DNA of 64,000 nt from Phormidesmis sp. (GCA_965248535.1 CBDFJR010000005.1:1536001-1600000); one strand, 5' to 3'; positions 21,837-31,392 are shown, counted from the first letter of the stretch. Numbers and translations: made by a program. The notes: generated by a model from the letters alone, not told the origin.

Positions 21837-22030
21837 TGCAATGGTGTTGGGGGCAGGCACAGGGCAAGGATGGGGCAAGACAATGGCTTTGTGGGGAGAG
21901 ACAATCGGTTTGTGCAGGGTGACAAAGCAGTGGTGGGCGAAAACAAAGCAAAGGAGAATCGACGCATCGGAATTGTCGAGAGTGACAATTGAGGGTTGAG
22001 CGGTGACGATTGAGTGGCGAAGGATCACGA
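21837..22030. repeat. degenerate 21-bp tandem array (~9-10 units)
   Basis: GACAA-like anchor at 21837, 21858, 21879, 21900, 21921, 21942, (21963), 21984, 22005 and 22026, an exact 21-nt period. Confidence 0.75.
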
Positions 22031-22065
22031 CCTAAATAAATTTAATCACTGGGAGCAGGTGCCCG

Positions 22066-22679
22066 ATGGATCAGGCAGAACTACTTGAAATCATTCACCA
22101 TGCAGCCCAAACGAAACAGACAGGTTTGGATCTCTGTGGCAAAGGTTTAACGGAACTCCCTGCCGAACTCTGGCAACTGACCAATCTTACAGTGCTTGAC
22201 CTCTCTGAGAATCAACTGACTGCGGTGCCCCCCAAATTGGGACAACTCACCGCCACCCATCAATTTTCTCTCACCAACCGTTCCCTGTTTCTGCTGGTCT
22301 GGAGCGCTCGTGCAGTTAAGCAAAAATACACGACTCCCGAAGGGTTGTCGAAGCTGATGACCCACCATCAGGTCGAAGCCTCTAGTCAGTGTGTCTTAGT
22401 GCGATGGCTGCACGAGTTAGGCGAAATTCTCTTCTTTCAAGACAACGATGACCTCAACGATATTGTCATCTTCAAACCCCAATGGGTGACCGAACACATC
22501 AGCCGAGTCTTAGAAGCCGAAGAAGTGATTCGTCTCAATGGCACCTTCACCCGCACCTGCATGAATTGTTAGAACAAAAAGATGCCAGCAAGCAATGGGG
22601 CAACCTCAAACAAATCCTGACTCCAGAGGACGATTATCTCTGGTTATGTGAACACCACGCCCGATCGTTTAAACCCTGA
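22066..22679 (+). pseudogene. internally deleted LRR-Roc-COR (Roco) gene
   Basis: LRR start (LDLCGKGLTELPAEL..LTNLTVLDLSENQL) fused to a Roc scrap (ATHQF.LTNRSLFLLVW) and a COR scrap (LHELGEILFF..PQWV); the C-terminus (WGNLKQILTPEDDYLWLCEHH) is in another frame. Confidence 0.75.
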
Positions 22680-22683
22680 ATAC

Positions 22684-22715
22684 AGACCTCGGAGGTTTCC
22701 AAACCTCCGAGGTCT
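22684..22715. repeat. REP palindrome at the 3' end of the RAYT gene
   Basis: AGACCTCGGAGGTTT-CC-AAACCTCCGAGGTCT, perfect 15-bp arms. Confidence 0.9.
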
Positions 22716-23310
22716 AAGGTTGGTCTTCATCCAGCATGAGTGCTTTTAGGTTGGTCGCGAAATCTTTGGCCATTGCAGGTAAATGATCATGCTTCAGAGG
22801 CATCTCATAGTCTGCCTCAGACTCAAATTGCTGTTGCAAAGCATCGAGCTTGGGTAAGGTGCCCGCTCTAAGTCCGGCATAGTCAAGATAACTGGAAAAC
22901 TCCCAATCCTTCGGGTGAGCCACGATTCTAGCTTTCACTGGGTTGAGATGGATGTATCGCGTCAGATGGTATAGATATTGATCGCTATCCACCACGATCG
23001 CTTGAAACTGCCCCTGAAACAAAGACCCTACCCGGCGATAACGCCGATTCATCGCCTTGGTATATGCCACCGATAACCGCATCATGGCTCCAGATACGTC
23101 ATCTGTTTTACACCGCACCAAAAAATGGTAATGATTGGGCATCAAGCAATATGCCAACACATCAAGCGTTTGCTCAATCAAATGTCGGCGCACCAAGCGC
23201 AAAAAGTACAGGTAGTTTTCCCGTTCAAAAAAGATGCGGTCGCGATCGTTGCCGCGATTATAGAGATGGTAACAATAGTCCGGCTGAAACGTGAGATAAC
23301 GACGCGGCAT
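22714..23310 (-). CDS. REP-associated tyrosine transposase (RAYT, HUH Y1 family)
   Basis: YHLYNRGN, AYCLMPNHYH (HUH), GSLFQGQF, YIHLNPVKA, WEFSSY. Confidence 0.9.
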   Translation of the reverse strand: MPRRYLTFQPDYCYHLYNRGNDRDRIFFERENYLYFLRLVRRHLIEQTLDVLAYCLMPNHYHFLVRCKTDDVSGAMMRLSVAYTKAMNRRYRRVGSLFQGQFQAIVVDSDQYLYHLTRYIHLNPVKARIVAHPKDWEFSSYLDYAGLRAGTLPKLDALQQQFESEADYEMPLKHDHLPAMAKDFATNLKALMLDEDQP

Positions 23311-23348
23311 AGAAGCTTGTCTGCAACAGTTCCCCTAAGATTCCCTCC

Positions 23349-23383
23349 CAGACCTCGCAGGTTTTGAAAACCTCCGAGGTCTG
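23349..23383. repeat. REP palindrome at the 5' end of the RAYT gene
   Basis: CAGACCTCGCAGGTTTT-G-AAAACCTCCGAGGTCTG, same family as 22684-22715. Confidence 0.9.
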
Positions 23384-23420
23384 TATAAAGCCTCCAAAGG
23401 TAGAGATCACACAAGTGAAA

Positions 23421-23436
23421 TGTAACGTTGAATACA
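23421..23436. promoter_or_regulatory. putative NtcA-binding site
   Basis: TGTA-ACGTTGAA-TACA is a full TGTA-N8-TACA consensus, between the RAYT and CsbD genes. Confidence 0.5.
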
Positions 23437-23531
23437 ACTTCTGAGAGAGGGCATGGTTTGAATCCTTCTTTATTGTTGTAGAAGTAAGCGGTGATTCAGC
23501 TTACTAACAACTAAAAATAAAGGAGACTATC

Positions 23532-23720
23532 ATGAGTTTAGAAGAAAAAGCTAAAGCCGCTGGCAAAAACATCGAAGGCAAAGCTCAAGAAGCTTTAGGC
23601 AAAGTAACCGGAGACGTTGGCGATCAAGCAGAAGGCAAAGCAAAGCAAGCTGAAGCCGCCGCCCGCAACGCAAAAGAAGATGTGAAAGACGGCGTTAAAG
23701 ATGTCGTCGATCGCGCATAA
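23532..23720 (+). CDS. CsbD family stress protein
   Basis: KNIEGKAQEALGKVTGD...AEGKAKQ; strong AAGGAG RBS. Confidence 0.9.
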   Translation: MSLEEKAKAAGKNIEGKAQEALGKVTGDVGDQAEGKAKQAEAAARNAKEDVKDGVKDVVDRA

Positions 23721-23988
23721 AAACCCCTGAATGGGTCTGGATACATTTATATTATTCAGACCCATTGTGTTTAGAAAGGGATGATTTTTATCACGCATTA
23801 CTGCTAACTGGGAAATGATTCTAGCCACGATCGCTGACAAGCAATTCGGCGGCGGCAAATAAGTCAAGTCTCGGTTGGTTGTTGAGAGACGGGAGTGGTC
23901 AACTCGCGTCTCTTTTTGTTGTCTGAATTGATCACTGAGAGTGAGCACAAAGGAAATTATTTTGATGTCCTGACTTTGTAGCAGTATT

Positions 23989-25185
23989 ATGGGCATCATG
24001 AAATTTGATGGGCTGAACGTCTGGAATCTTCAACCCTCAAAGCTGCGAGGAATGTCTGTGAGCAGGTTTAATCGGTCAGGTTCTCTAAAGTCTTTCACTA
24101 TTGGCGTAAGCTCGATCGGGTGGTTGAGTTTGCTCGCGTCAAGCGGCGTTGCGATCGCACGTCCTAGTTTGTCTGAAGCGATCGTTCCATCAGCCCCCCA
24201 AAAACCGCCGACTTATGTTCCGGTTGCTCCGCCGCCGTTAGCGCCGCCACTCCCCACTCAGCGCCAGCCCCAAGAAGAGCGGGCAGTGGGAGAAGACTAT
24301 CGGGTCAGCGCTCTCCAGCCCGATTATCAAGGCAATCTGTGGGTTGGCTCATGGCAAGGGTTGGCAAAAATTAATCCCAACACAGGCAAGATTTTAAGTC
24401 GGGTCTCGATTCCTAATCGCACGATCGGGGCATTGGCTCAAGACAAAGTAGGGCGCATTTGGGTCGGCACCTATGAGGGATTGGTGCGCGTCGATCCCCG
24501 CAACAATCAGGTGACTGCCCAAAACTTTTCGCTGCCCTCTAACCGCGTTTTGTCTCTGCTGATTGACCAGCGAGGCTATCTCTGGGTCGGCACCGATCAA
24601 GGGCTAGCGCTGATTAGCCCTGATCAAGGCTTGCTGATGACGACCCTCAAAAACTTACCGGGGGTCAGCGCCAACGCCCTCAGTTTAGATGCCGAGGGTC
24701 AGCTTTGGGTAGGCACTCTAGAGAGCTTGGTGCAGGTAGATACCGCCAGTGCCCGCGTCATCAACCAAATCTCAGACATTCCGGGGGGCGTGGTGCAAGC
24801 GCTGACCCTCGACTCGCGAGGGTCTCTGTGGGTAGGCACCTTAGATGGGTTGCTAGAAGTTGACCCTCAAGCTGCAAAGATTCAGCGATCGGTGACCCAA
24901 CTGCGCGGACGCACCATCCTCTCGGCTCGGTTTGACAAAATAGGCAGCGTTTGGGTCGGCACCAGTCACGGGCTTTTTCGCCTCAACCCCTACAATGGGG
25001 CGATCGTCGGTCAGGTGGGCAGTTTGCCATCAAGCCAAATTTTCGCAGTGTCTCCTGACACCGGAAACAAGCTCTGGGTGGGCACCAGCGATGGGTTAGC
25101 CTGGGTGAGCATGAGCACCTATCAGAGTCAGCCTCATCTCACCTTCAGTCGGGGTAGCGCCGCATCGGTGCCAGAACAAAAGTAG
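23989..25185 (+). CDS. exported beta-propeller protein (two-component regulator propeller repeats)
   Basis: Repeated D..G.LWVGT..GL motifs and a Pro-rich linker; start uncertain. Confidence 0.8.
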   Translation: MGIMKFDGLNVWNLQPSKLRGMSVSRFNRSGSLKSFTIGVSSIGWLSLLASSGVAIARPSLSEAIVPSAPQKPPTYVPVAPPPLAPPLPTQRQPQEERAVGEDYRVSALQPDYQGNLWVGSWQGLAKINPNTGKILSRVSIPNRTIGALAQDKVGRIWVGTYEGLVRVDPRNNQVTAQNFSLPSNRVLSLLIDQRGYLWVGTDQGLALISPDQGLLMTTLKNLPGVSANALSLDAEGQLWVGTLESLVQVDTASARVINQISDIPGGVVQALTLDSRGSLWVGTLDGLLEVDPQAAKIQRSVTQLRGRTILSARFDKIGSVWVGTSHGLFRLNPYNGAIVGQVGSLPSSQIFAVSPDTGNKLWVGTSDGLAWVSMSTYQSQPHLTFSRGSAASVPEQK

Positions 25186-25220
25186 GATGGACTTATGCCT
25201 CCTCTACGTCCGTTAACGAT

Positions 25221-26000
25221 ATGCCAGTCACCCCACAGCAACTATTTCAGTGGAAGCAGCAAGGACGTGCGATCGTTGCCCTCACCGCGTGGGATTATCT
25301 GTTTGCTCAAATCCTAGACCAGTCGGGCGTTGATGTGATTTTGGTCGGCGACTCGCTGGCGATGGTGGCCCTAGGCTATGAAACCACGCTTCCGGTGACC
25401 CTTGACGAAATGCTGCATCACGCTAAAGCCGTTCGTCGAGCCGTCAAGCAAGCGTTGCTCGTCGTAGATCTGCCGTTTTTGAGCTATCAAGAAAGCGCGC
25501 AGCAAGCCATTCACTCGGCGGGTCGAGCCTTAAAGGAAGCAGGGGCCCAAGCCGTCAAACTAGAAGGCGGCTATCCGGCGATCGCTGAGACAGTCGCGCA
25601 TCTAGTTCGGGCTGGCATTCCGGTGATGGGGCACGTTGGGCTAACTCCGCAGTCGGTTCGGCAGCTAGGGTTTCGGCAGCAGGGCAAGTCGCCAGAAGAA
25701 GGAGAGCGCATTCTGTCAGAAGCGATCGCCCTCGAACAAGCCGGAGCCTTTGCGATCGTGGTTGAGCACGTCCCGGCTGCTCTGGCGTTGCAGATAACTC
25801 AAAAGCTCACGATTCCGACGATCGGCATTGGGGCCGGAGTTCACTGCGATGGTCAAGTTTTAGTCACGACCGATGTTTTAGGTCTGGGCACCTGGAAACC
25901 GCCGTTTGCAAAATCCTATGTGAATCTACAGGAATTAATCACCCAAGCCGTACAGGATTATTCTGGCGAGGTGCGATCGCGCCAGTTTCCAGAATCCTAG
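25221..26000 (+). CDS. panB: 3-methyl-2-oxobutanoate hydroxymethyltransferase
   Basis: [39 protein letters not shown]. Confidence 0.95.
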   Translation: MPVTPQQLFQWKQQGRAIVALTAWDYLFAQILDQSGVDVILVGDSLAMVALGYETTLPVTLDEMLHHAKAVRRAVKQALLVVDLPFLSYQESAQQAIHSAGRALKEAGAQAVKLEGGYPAIAETVAHLVRAGIPVMGHVGLTPQSVRQLGFRQQGKSPEEGERILSEAIALEQAGAFAIVVEHVPAALALQITQKLTIPTIGIGAGVHCDGQVLVTTDVLGLGTWKPPFAKSYVNLQELITQAVQDYSGEVRSRQFPES

Positions 26001-26070
26001 CCTTCTAAAACCGTCTCTCAGACCCCTTAGGGCACAGCACCGGCCCACTATTTTTGCCAGTCTCCGGTCT

Positions 26071-26655
26071 TCAGACTGGTTTCTGCAAGATCCATTCCAC
26101 AGCCGCCGTCAGATCTGCGGCGATATAGTCGGGTGTAGTATGGTGCTGATAATCGCCACTGAGAACACGATCGCCATAGCCCGTCTGCACCAAAATTCCT
26201 ACACAGCCAGCGTTGTGGGCCATATCGACATCGGTTGCCTTATCTCCCACCATAAAGCTCTGAGCAATGTCTAAATCGTGCTCCCAGGCCGCCGCCACCA
26301 GCATTCCCGTATTGGGTTTGCGCCACGTCGTCCAGCGCGTAAATTCTGCTTGAGTGCCGCCTTCGGGGGGGCTGAGATCGGGGCAATAATAAAGCGCATC
26401 CAGTCGCGCTCCCGCTTCGGTGGCAAGCAGCCCGCAGAGCCGATGATGCAACGCCCGCACATGAGCATCGGGATAATAGCCTCTGGCAGGGCCCGACTGG
26501 TTAGAGACAAGACAGCAAAATAGCCCCGCGTCATTGAGTCGCCGCACTGCCTGGGCGACCCCTGAGATCAAATGCAGGTCTTCAACTTGATGAATGTAGC
26601 CAGCTTCTTGATTGAGAACGCCATCTCGATCGAGATATACGGCGGGTCTTGCCAT
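26071..26655 (-). CDS. gmhB: HAD-IIIA hydrolase, D-glycero-D-manno-heptose-1,7-bisphosphate phosphatase-like
   Basis: LDRDGVLN, SNQSG, YCP, RKPNTGM, MVGDKATD. Confidence 0.75.
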   Translation of the reverse strand: MARPAVYLDRDGVLNQEAGYIHQVEDLHLISGVAQAVRRLNDAGLFCCLVSNQSGPARGYYPDAHVRALHHRLCGLLATEAGARLDALYYCPDLSPPEGGTQAEFTRWTTWRKPNTGMLVAAAWEHDLDIAQSFMVGDKATDVDMAHNAGCVGILVQTGYGDRVLSGDYQHHTTPDYIAADLTAAVEWILQKPV

Positions 26656-26659
26656 GACC

Positions 26660-27622
26660 CTAACCGCCCCAAACTTTTTGTAAGATCACGTGTGGTGAAA
26701 TGTCGGCCATTTTCCCAGTGGGTGACTTGATGCCCAGCGCCCGATCGCTCTTGGGCAAAAGCTTATCGGGATCGGTCGGGCCAAACAGAGCGAGTGTGTA
26801 GGTTTGGGCCGCGATCGCCAAGTGCATCGGGGCGCTGTCGGTGCACAACATCAGATTGGCTCCGGCGATCATCGCCACCAGCTCGCCGATGTTGCTGGGT
26901 GAGGTGACTTTAAGCTTAGGAGTCGATTTTAACAGAGCCGTCACAAAGTCATTGTCTTCAGGCCCTTTGACCAACACCATCGGCAAGTCAGGCTGCTTTT
27001 GCTGAAAATCTTGGACGATCGCCTTCCAGCTTTCGACCGGATAAATCTTGTCAATGCCCTTCATCTGGGCCAGTTGACTTGACCCACCGTGAATGATCAC
27101 ATAGCCGCCGTTTTGAATGCCTAACCGCTTCCGTTCGTCTTCTGACCATTGCAGATCTTTGGCTGGCACGCTGACCGCTAATTCTGGGCAAGGGGTGTCG
27201 ATCCCCAGTCCCTTGAGCAAATCGTGATACATCACGGCTGCATATTGATTTTGATTGAGCGGCACCGGATTGGTGAGAAACCACTCTCCACTACCACCGC
27301 CATAGCCCACACGAGTCGGAATGCCACTCAACCACAGCAAAAACCCAACGGCTCGACGCTGCCCTAGAGCAATGGCGATGTCATATTCACGATCGCGCAT
27401 CACCCCCAAGAGATTTGCAAAATCTGCGAGGCTGTTGCTGCCCTTAAAATCAAACAAAATTGTGTCGTGAACCGACTTAGAAACCCGATAGGCGCTTTTA
27501 GCTCGCGGCTCAACAACCACATCAATCTGAGCGCTAGGGTAAGCTTTTTTTAGATCATCTAGAGTCGGAAAGAATAGGATTTGATCGCCAATTCCACCAG
27601 GAACAAGGGCAAGAATTCTCAT
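26660..27622 (-). CDS. glycosyltransferase family 9 (heptosyltransferase-like)
   Basis: GGIGDQ, DSAPMHLA, LFGPT. Confidence 0.88.
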   Translation of the reverse strand: MRILALVPGGIGDQILFFPTLDDLKKAYPSAQIDVVVEPRAKSAYRVSKSVHDTILFDFKGSNSLADFANLLGVMRDREYDIAIALGQRRAVGFLLWLSGIPTRVGYGGGSGEWFLTNPVPLNQNQYAAVMYHDLLKGLGIDTPCPELAVSVPAKDLQWSEDERKRLGIQNGGYVIIHGGSSQLAQMKGIDKIYPVESWKAIVQDFQQKQPDLPMVLVKGPEDNDFVTALLKSTPKLKVTSPSNIGELVAMIAGANLMLCTDSAPMHLAIAAQTYTLALFGPTDPDKLLPKSDRALGIKSPTGKMADISPHVILQKVWGG

Positions 27623-27728
27623 AGTGATCTCTTTACGGTTCTTAACGCCATATTCGCTCTTATTTTAGGGGAAGATACACACAGTCAAACGATTTTGAAG
27701 TTTGGATTTTGAGTTGAAAGGAAAATCT

Positions 27729-28445
27729 GTGTATCTACTCATCCCCGCTGCCGGATCGGGTCGTCGGATGAACCCCGAATGGCTTCGTCAAGGCACCCCT
27801 CAGCGCAATAAGTTATTACTCAATCTGTTAGGCAAATCACTTCTCGCTTGGACGCTGTTAGCCGCAGAAGAGTCTAGCCACCTGGATTGGATTGGCATCA
27901 TCGGGCAGCCTAGCGATCGTGATGATTTTGCCACGATCGTCACCCAACTCTCATTAACCAAGCCTGTTCACTTGATTCAGGGCGGCTCGACGCGACAAGA
28001 ATCGGTCTACAACGGGCTGCAAGCGTTGCCCCCAGAGGCAAAACACGTTTTAATTCACGATGGCGCACGATGTTTGGCGACCCCAAAACTGTTCGATCGC
28101 TGCGCTCAAGCCGTCTTGACCTGTCCCGGATTGATTGCGGCGGTTCCGGTGAAAGACACGATTAAAGTCGTTGATGACGCAAACTTGATCAAAAGTACGC
28201 CCGATCGGAGTCAACTCTGGGCGGCCCAAACGCCTCAGGCTTTTTCGGTGCGGCTACTCAAAAAGTGTCATCAAGAAGGACGAGAGCAAGGTTGGGAGGT
28301 GACAGACGATGCGGCATTGTTTGAGAAATGCGATCTTCCGGTGCAAATCGTCGAGGGCGAAGAGACGAATCTCAAGGTGACGACTCCGGTTGATTTGGCG
28401 ATCGCGGAGTTTATTTTGATGCAACGGTTTGAGCGTGGGTTATGA
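27729..28445 (+). CDS. ispD: 2-C-methyl-D-erythritol 4-phosphate cytidylyltransferase
   Basis: IPAAGSGRRM, GGSTRQESV, IHDGAR, AQTPQ, TDDA, NLKVTTP; GTG start at 27729. Confidence 0.95.
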   Translation: MYLLIPAAGSGRRMNPEWLRQGTPQRNKLLLNLLGKSLLAWTLLAAEESSHLDWIGIIGQPSDRDDFATIVTQLSLTKPVHLIQGGSTRQESVYNGLQALPPEAKHVLIHDGARCLATPKLFDRCAQAVLTCPGLIAAVPVKDTIKVVDDANLIKSTPDRSQLWAAQTPQAFSVRLLKKCHQEGREQGWEVTDDAALFEKCDLPVQIVEGEETNLKVTTPVDLAIAEFILMQRFERGL

Positions 28446-28453
28446 GGGTATGA

Positions 28454-28477
28454 GGGCAGGTCGTGACCTGCCCCTAC
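28454..28477. repeat. second GTAG-footed REP-like palindrome
   Basis: GGGCAGGTC-GT-GACCTGCCC followed by CTAC, between convergent genes. Confidence 0.6.
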
Positions 28478-29586
28478 AGGGTTTTTAACGCTGCTTCGGC
28501 TTTTTTGGCATCGTCTGGGTTGTTTTGCTGTTGATAGAGCGTTTGGGCTTGTTTAAAGGCGGCGATCGCTTCCTCTCTGCGATCGCGGGCTTTGAGAGCG
28601 ATCCCCAACTGATAATAGGCGCGGGCATTTTGAGGATCTAGCTGCACCACTTCGCGATAGGCCACGATCGCCCGGATAAATTCTCGCTGCTCGATCGCTA
28701 GATCTGCTAGCGCTAACTCAGCTTCGATCGAGTGCGGACTGACGTTGACGGCTCGTTGATAAGCGGTCAGAGCGCCCGCAGAGTCGCCTATTTCTTGCAG
28801 AACGTTGCCCATTTTCAGGTGCAGCTTGCTGTTGGCTGGGTCGAGTTTGACCGCTCGATTAAATGCTGCGAGGGCCGCCCGGCGATCGCCTTGAGTGAGC
28901 CAGCCGATCCCCAAGCTGACTTGAATGCTGCTGCTGCGGGGGTTGAGTTCTGCGGCGCGCTGAAGCGAACTGATGCCTTCGCCAATCTGGTCTTTTTGCA
29001 GCAGCATTAAGCCGAGCCTCTCATAGGCTTCTGCGCTTTTGGGCGCGATCGCGATGACTTTGCGATAGGTGGCTAAGGCCCGATCGTAGTTACCCTGCCG
29101 TGACAAGACAGTGCCAAGACCCAGATAGGCATTTAAGTTTTTGATATTTAGTTTAGCGGCTCGCTGGTAAGCCACGATCGCGGCTTCGTCGTTTCCAGCA
29201 CTCGCCAAGCTAAACCCCAAAGCATATTCAAAATCAGAATTGCTTGGATCAAGGGAAATCGCCTGCTGATAGGCGTTAATGGCTTCTTGAAAGTTGCCCG
29301 CTTGGGCTTGAATATAGCCAATTCCAGAATAAATGAGCGGGTTTTTCTCATCCAAGGCGGCCGCTTGTTGAAACAGGGGCAGCGCTGCGGCCCAGTTTTT
29401 GGCATCGACTAACTCACGCCCCTTTTGCAGCAGGTCATCTAGCTCTTGTTTAGGCTGATTGCCCGGACTCAGATCGGTTGCCTGAGCACGCACCATCTGA
29501 GGCAATAGTGGCAAAGTAGTGGCGATCGCCAGGCAAATCAGCAGCGATCGCCACCGGGCATTCAGGTTTTTAGAACTACATGTCAT
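28474..29586 (-). CDS. exported TPR protein
   Basis: Signal peptide followed by a long run of canonical TPR units. Confidence 0.88.
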   Translation of the reverse strand: MTCSSKNLNARWRSLLICLAIATTLPLLPQMVRAQATDLSPGNQPKQELDDLLQKGRELVDAKNWAAALPLFQQAAALDEKNPLIYSGIGYIQAQAGNFQEAINAYQQAISLDPSNSDFEYALGFSLASAGNDEAAIVAYQRAAKLNIKNLNAYLGLGTVLSRQGNYDRALATYRKVIAIAPKSAEAYERLGLMLLQKDQIGEGISSLQRAAELNPRSSSIQVSLGIGWLTQGDRRAALAAFNRAVKLDPANSKLHLKMGNVLQEIGDSAGALTAYQRAVNVSPHSIEAELALADLAIEQREFIRAIVAYREVVQLDPQNARAYYQLGIALKARDRREEAIAAFKQAQTLYQQQNNPDDAKKAEAALKTL

Positions 29587-29976
29587 AAAGTCGTGTATGT
29601 CAAGAGCAAAGTGAGTTTTGATCGCAAGTCACCAATATCTAATTCACGATCCTTCCGATCATGAATTTAATGCCAATCCACGCGTCAAGACAATCCAATC
29701 AGGTGATTATTCTTGCTTTCTTCACCCAAAGCGAACTAATGCCCGATCGCGGAATCAGTCCATCGTTAGATTTTCTGAGAGAAAACTTCATGATCGTCAC
29801 CCAATCGCCGAGATTTGAGGAGCCGCGATCGTGGCTAATTTAGCTCTTAATTCACTCCAATGATAGACTTCCACCTTCACTCCGCTGGTAGAGATATCGC
29901 CAAGTCGAACCGCTTACAGTGATGCTCAAGAGTAAATCTTTTGCAAAAAAACTATCGACTTGGGGAGATAATTAAC

Positions 29977-30627
29977 ATGGCATATGCTAACAGGCCAATA
30001 GTTGACCAGACGGTCATCCAGCCCGTTTCTGAATACCACGATCGTGTTCGTTGGGGCCCGATCATTTCCGGGCTATTTGTCGCTCTCGCTTCCCAGCTAA
30101 TCTTGAGCGCCCTGGGGGCCGCAATTGGGGCCACCACGATCGCTAACTCTGGCGCTCCAAGAACAAACCTGGGCGATGTTAGTCAAGCGGTTGGCTGGTG
30201 GGCCATCTTGAGCCTGTTGATTTCACTCTTTGTGGGCAGTTGGGTGATGGCAAGGGCTTGTGGCCCGATGAACCGCAACACTGCGCTGCTAAACGGTGCC
30301 ATTCTCTGGGCGACGACTTTGGCGCTGAGTGCATGGCTGGTGGCTAGTGGCGTTACGGGTGCGTTTGGCGTAGTGGCCTCATCGGCAGCTAACGTAGCTG
30401 GAGCGGCTCTGCCTCAAACGGGGGTTCCTAACGTGAATCCTGGCTCGATTCCTACACCGACGGCCCAAGACACTCGCAACATTGCAGGCGGAACGGCAAC
30501 AGCAGGCTGGTCGTTTGTTTTGGGTTCTCTTTTGGGACTGGTGTCTTCTTTAATCGGCGCAGCGGCAGGCACTCGCAGCCCCCGCATTGCAGCCACCACC
30601 TATGTGGAGCCGACCGTCAATCGCTAA
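29977..30627 (+). CDS. conserved membrane protein
   Basis: DRVRWGPIISG, four Gly/Ala-rich TM segments; ATG 29977 follows GGGGAG. Confidence 0.8.
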   Translation: MAYANRPIVDQTVIQPVSEYHDRVRWGPIISGLFVALASQLILSALGAAIGATTIANSGAPRTNLGDVSQAVGWWAILSLLISLFVGSWVMARACGPMNRNTALLNGAILWATTLALSAWLVASGVTGAFGVVASSAANVAGAALPQTGVPNVNPGSIPTPTAQDTRNIAGGTATAGWSFVLGSLLGLVSSLIGAAAGTRSPRIAATTYVEPTVNR

Positions 30628-30654
30628 ATCAGGGCTAAGTTCTGAGCATTTGCT

Positions 30655-30689
30655 ATTCCCTTGGTCTATCTCTAGACCAAGGGAATTTT
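30655..30689 (+). terminator. intrinsic terminator
   Basis: ATTCCCTTGGTCTA-TCTC-TAGACCAAGGGAAT followed by TTT. Confidence 0.75.
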
Positions 30690-30706
30690 CGGTTGATGGA
30701 TCGAAC

Positions 30707-30742
30707 AAAAAACAGGGACGCTAGTTAAAGCGTCCCTGTTTT
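30707..30742 (-). terminator. terminator downstream of tRNA-Arg
   Basis: AAAACAGGGACGCT-AGTTAA-AGCGTCCCTGTTTT hairpin with A/T tails. Confidence 0.75.
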
Positions 30743-30747
30743 ATAGA

Positions 30748-30821
30748 CGGGCTAGGAGGGATTCGAACCCCCGACACCGTGGTCCGTAGCCACGTGCTCT
30801 AGTCCACTGAGCTACAAGCCC
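30748..30821 (-). tRNA. trnR-ACG: tRNA-Arg (anticodon ACG)
   Basis: GGGCTTGTAGCTCAGTGGACTAGAGCACGTGGCTACGGACCACGGTGTCGGGGGTTCGAATCCCTCCTAGCCCG folds as a cloverleaf; CCA not encoded. Confidence 0.97.
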
Positions 30822-30861
30822 CCGTGTTGATAGAATCATCATACTATATACAACGCACCAG

Positions 30862-31392
30862 ATGACAAAGAATTCTTCAATTTCTGCTAAAAATTCTCTC
30901 AGTCATCTTGATCCAGACGGCCAGGCGCAGATGGTAGATGTTTCTGCCAAAGCGGTGACTGCTCGGCAAGCGATCGCTGTTGGTCGAGTGAGAATGTTGC
31001 CACAAACGATGGCAACGATCGCTGCGGGCAACGCTCCTAAAGGAGACGTGTTGGGCACTGCTAGACTGGCAGGCATTATGGCCGCTAAACAAACCGCGCA
31101 TCTGATTCCGCTTTGCCACCCGCTGCCTTTAACCAAAGTTGCCGTGGTGATTACCCCAGATGCAGACTTACCGGGCTATCACATTCGCGCTGAGGTCAAG
31201 ACCACCGCAGAAACCGGGGTTGAAATGGAGGCCCTGACTGCGGTCTCGATCGCTGCCTTGACGCTTTATGACATGGCAAAGGCGCTAGAAAAATCAATCC
31301 AAATCGAACAGATTTATCTAGTCAGCAAAACGGGCGGCAAGTCAGGCGACTATCACGTAGATACTGCTATTACCGATAGTCAAGCAGCTTAA
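30862..31392 (+). CDS. moaC: cyclic pyranopterin monophosphate synthase
   Basis: [40 protein letters not shown]. Confidence 0.95.
   Translation: MTKNSSISAKNSLSHLDPDGQAQMVDVSAKAVTARQAIAVGRVRMLPQTMATIAAGNAPKGDVLGTARLAGIMAAKQTAHLIPLCHPLPLTKVAVVITPDADLPGYHIRAEVKTTAETGVEMEALTAVSIAALTLYDMAKALEKSIQIEQIYLVSKTGGKSGDYHVDTAITDSQAA

Noticed and set aside
21609..22028. 139-aa and 130-aa ORFs over the 21-bp array as genuine genes
   Set aside because: They run through the REP/MITE element, lack a clear RBS and resemble no family I recognise; only the heptad reading is kept as a hypothesis.
21837..22030. CRISPR, TIGR or DGR-type array
   Set aside because: There is no constant repeat with unique spacers, and no Cas, Nop-domain or reverse-transcriptase gene in the window.
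30748..30821. tRNA-Arg as the integration site of an island
   Set aside because: I noticed no integrase and no duplicated tRNA 3' end, and the flanking genes are ordinary.
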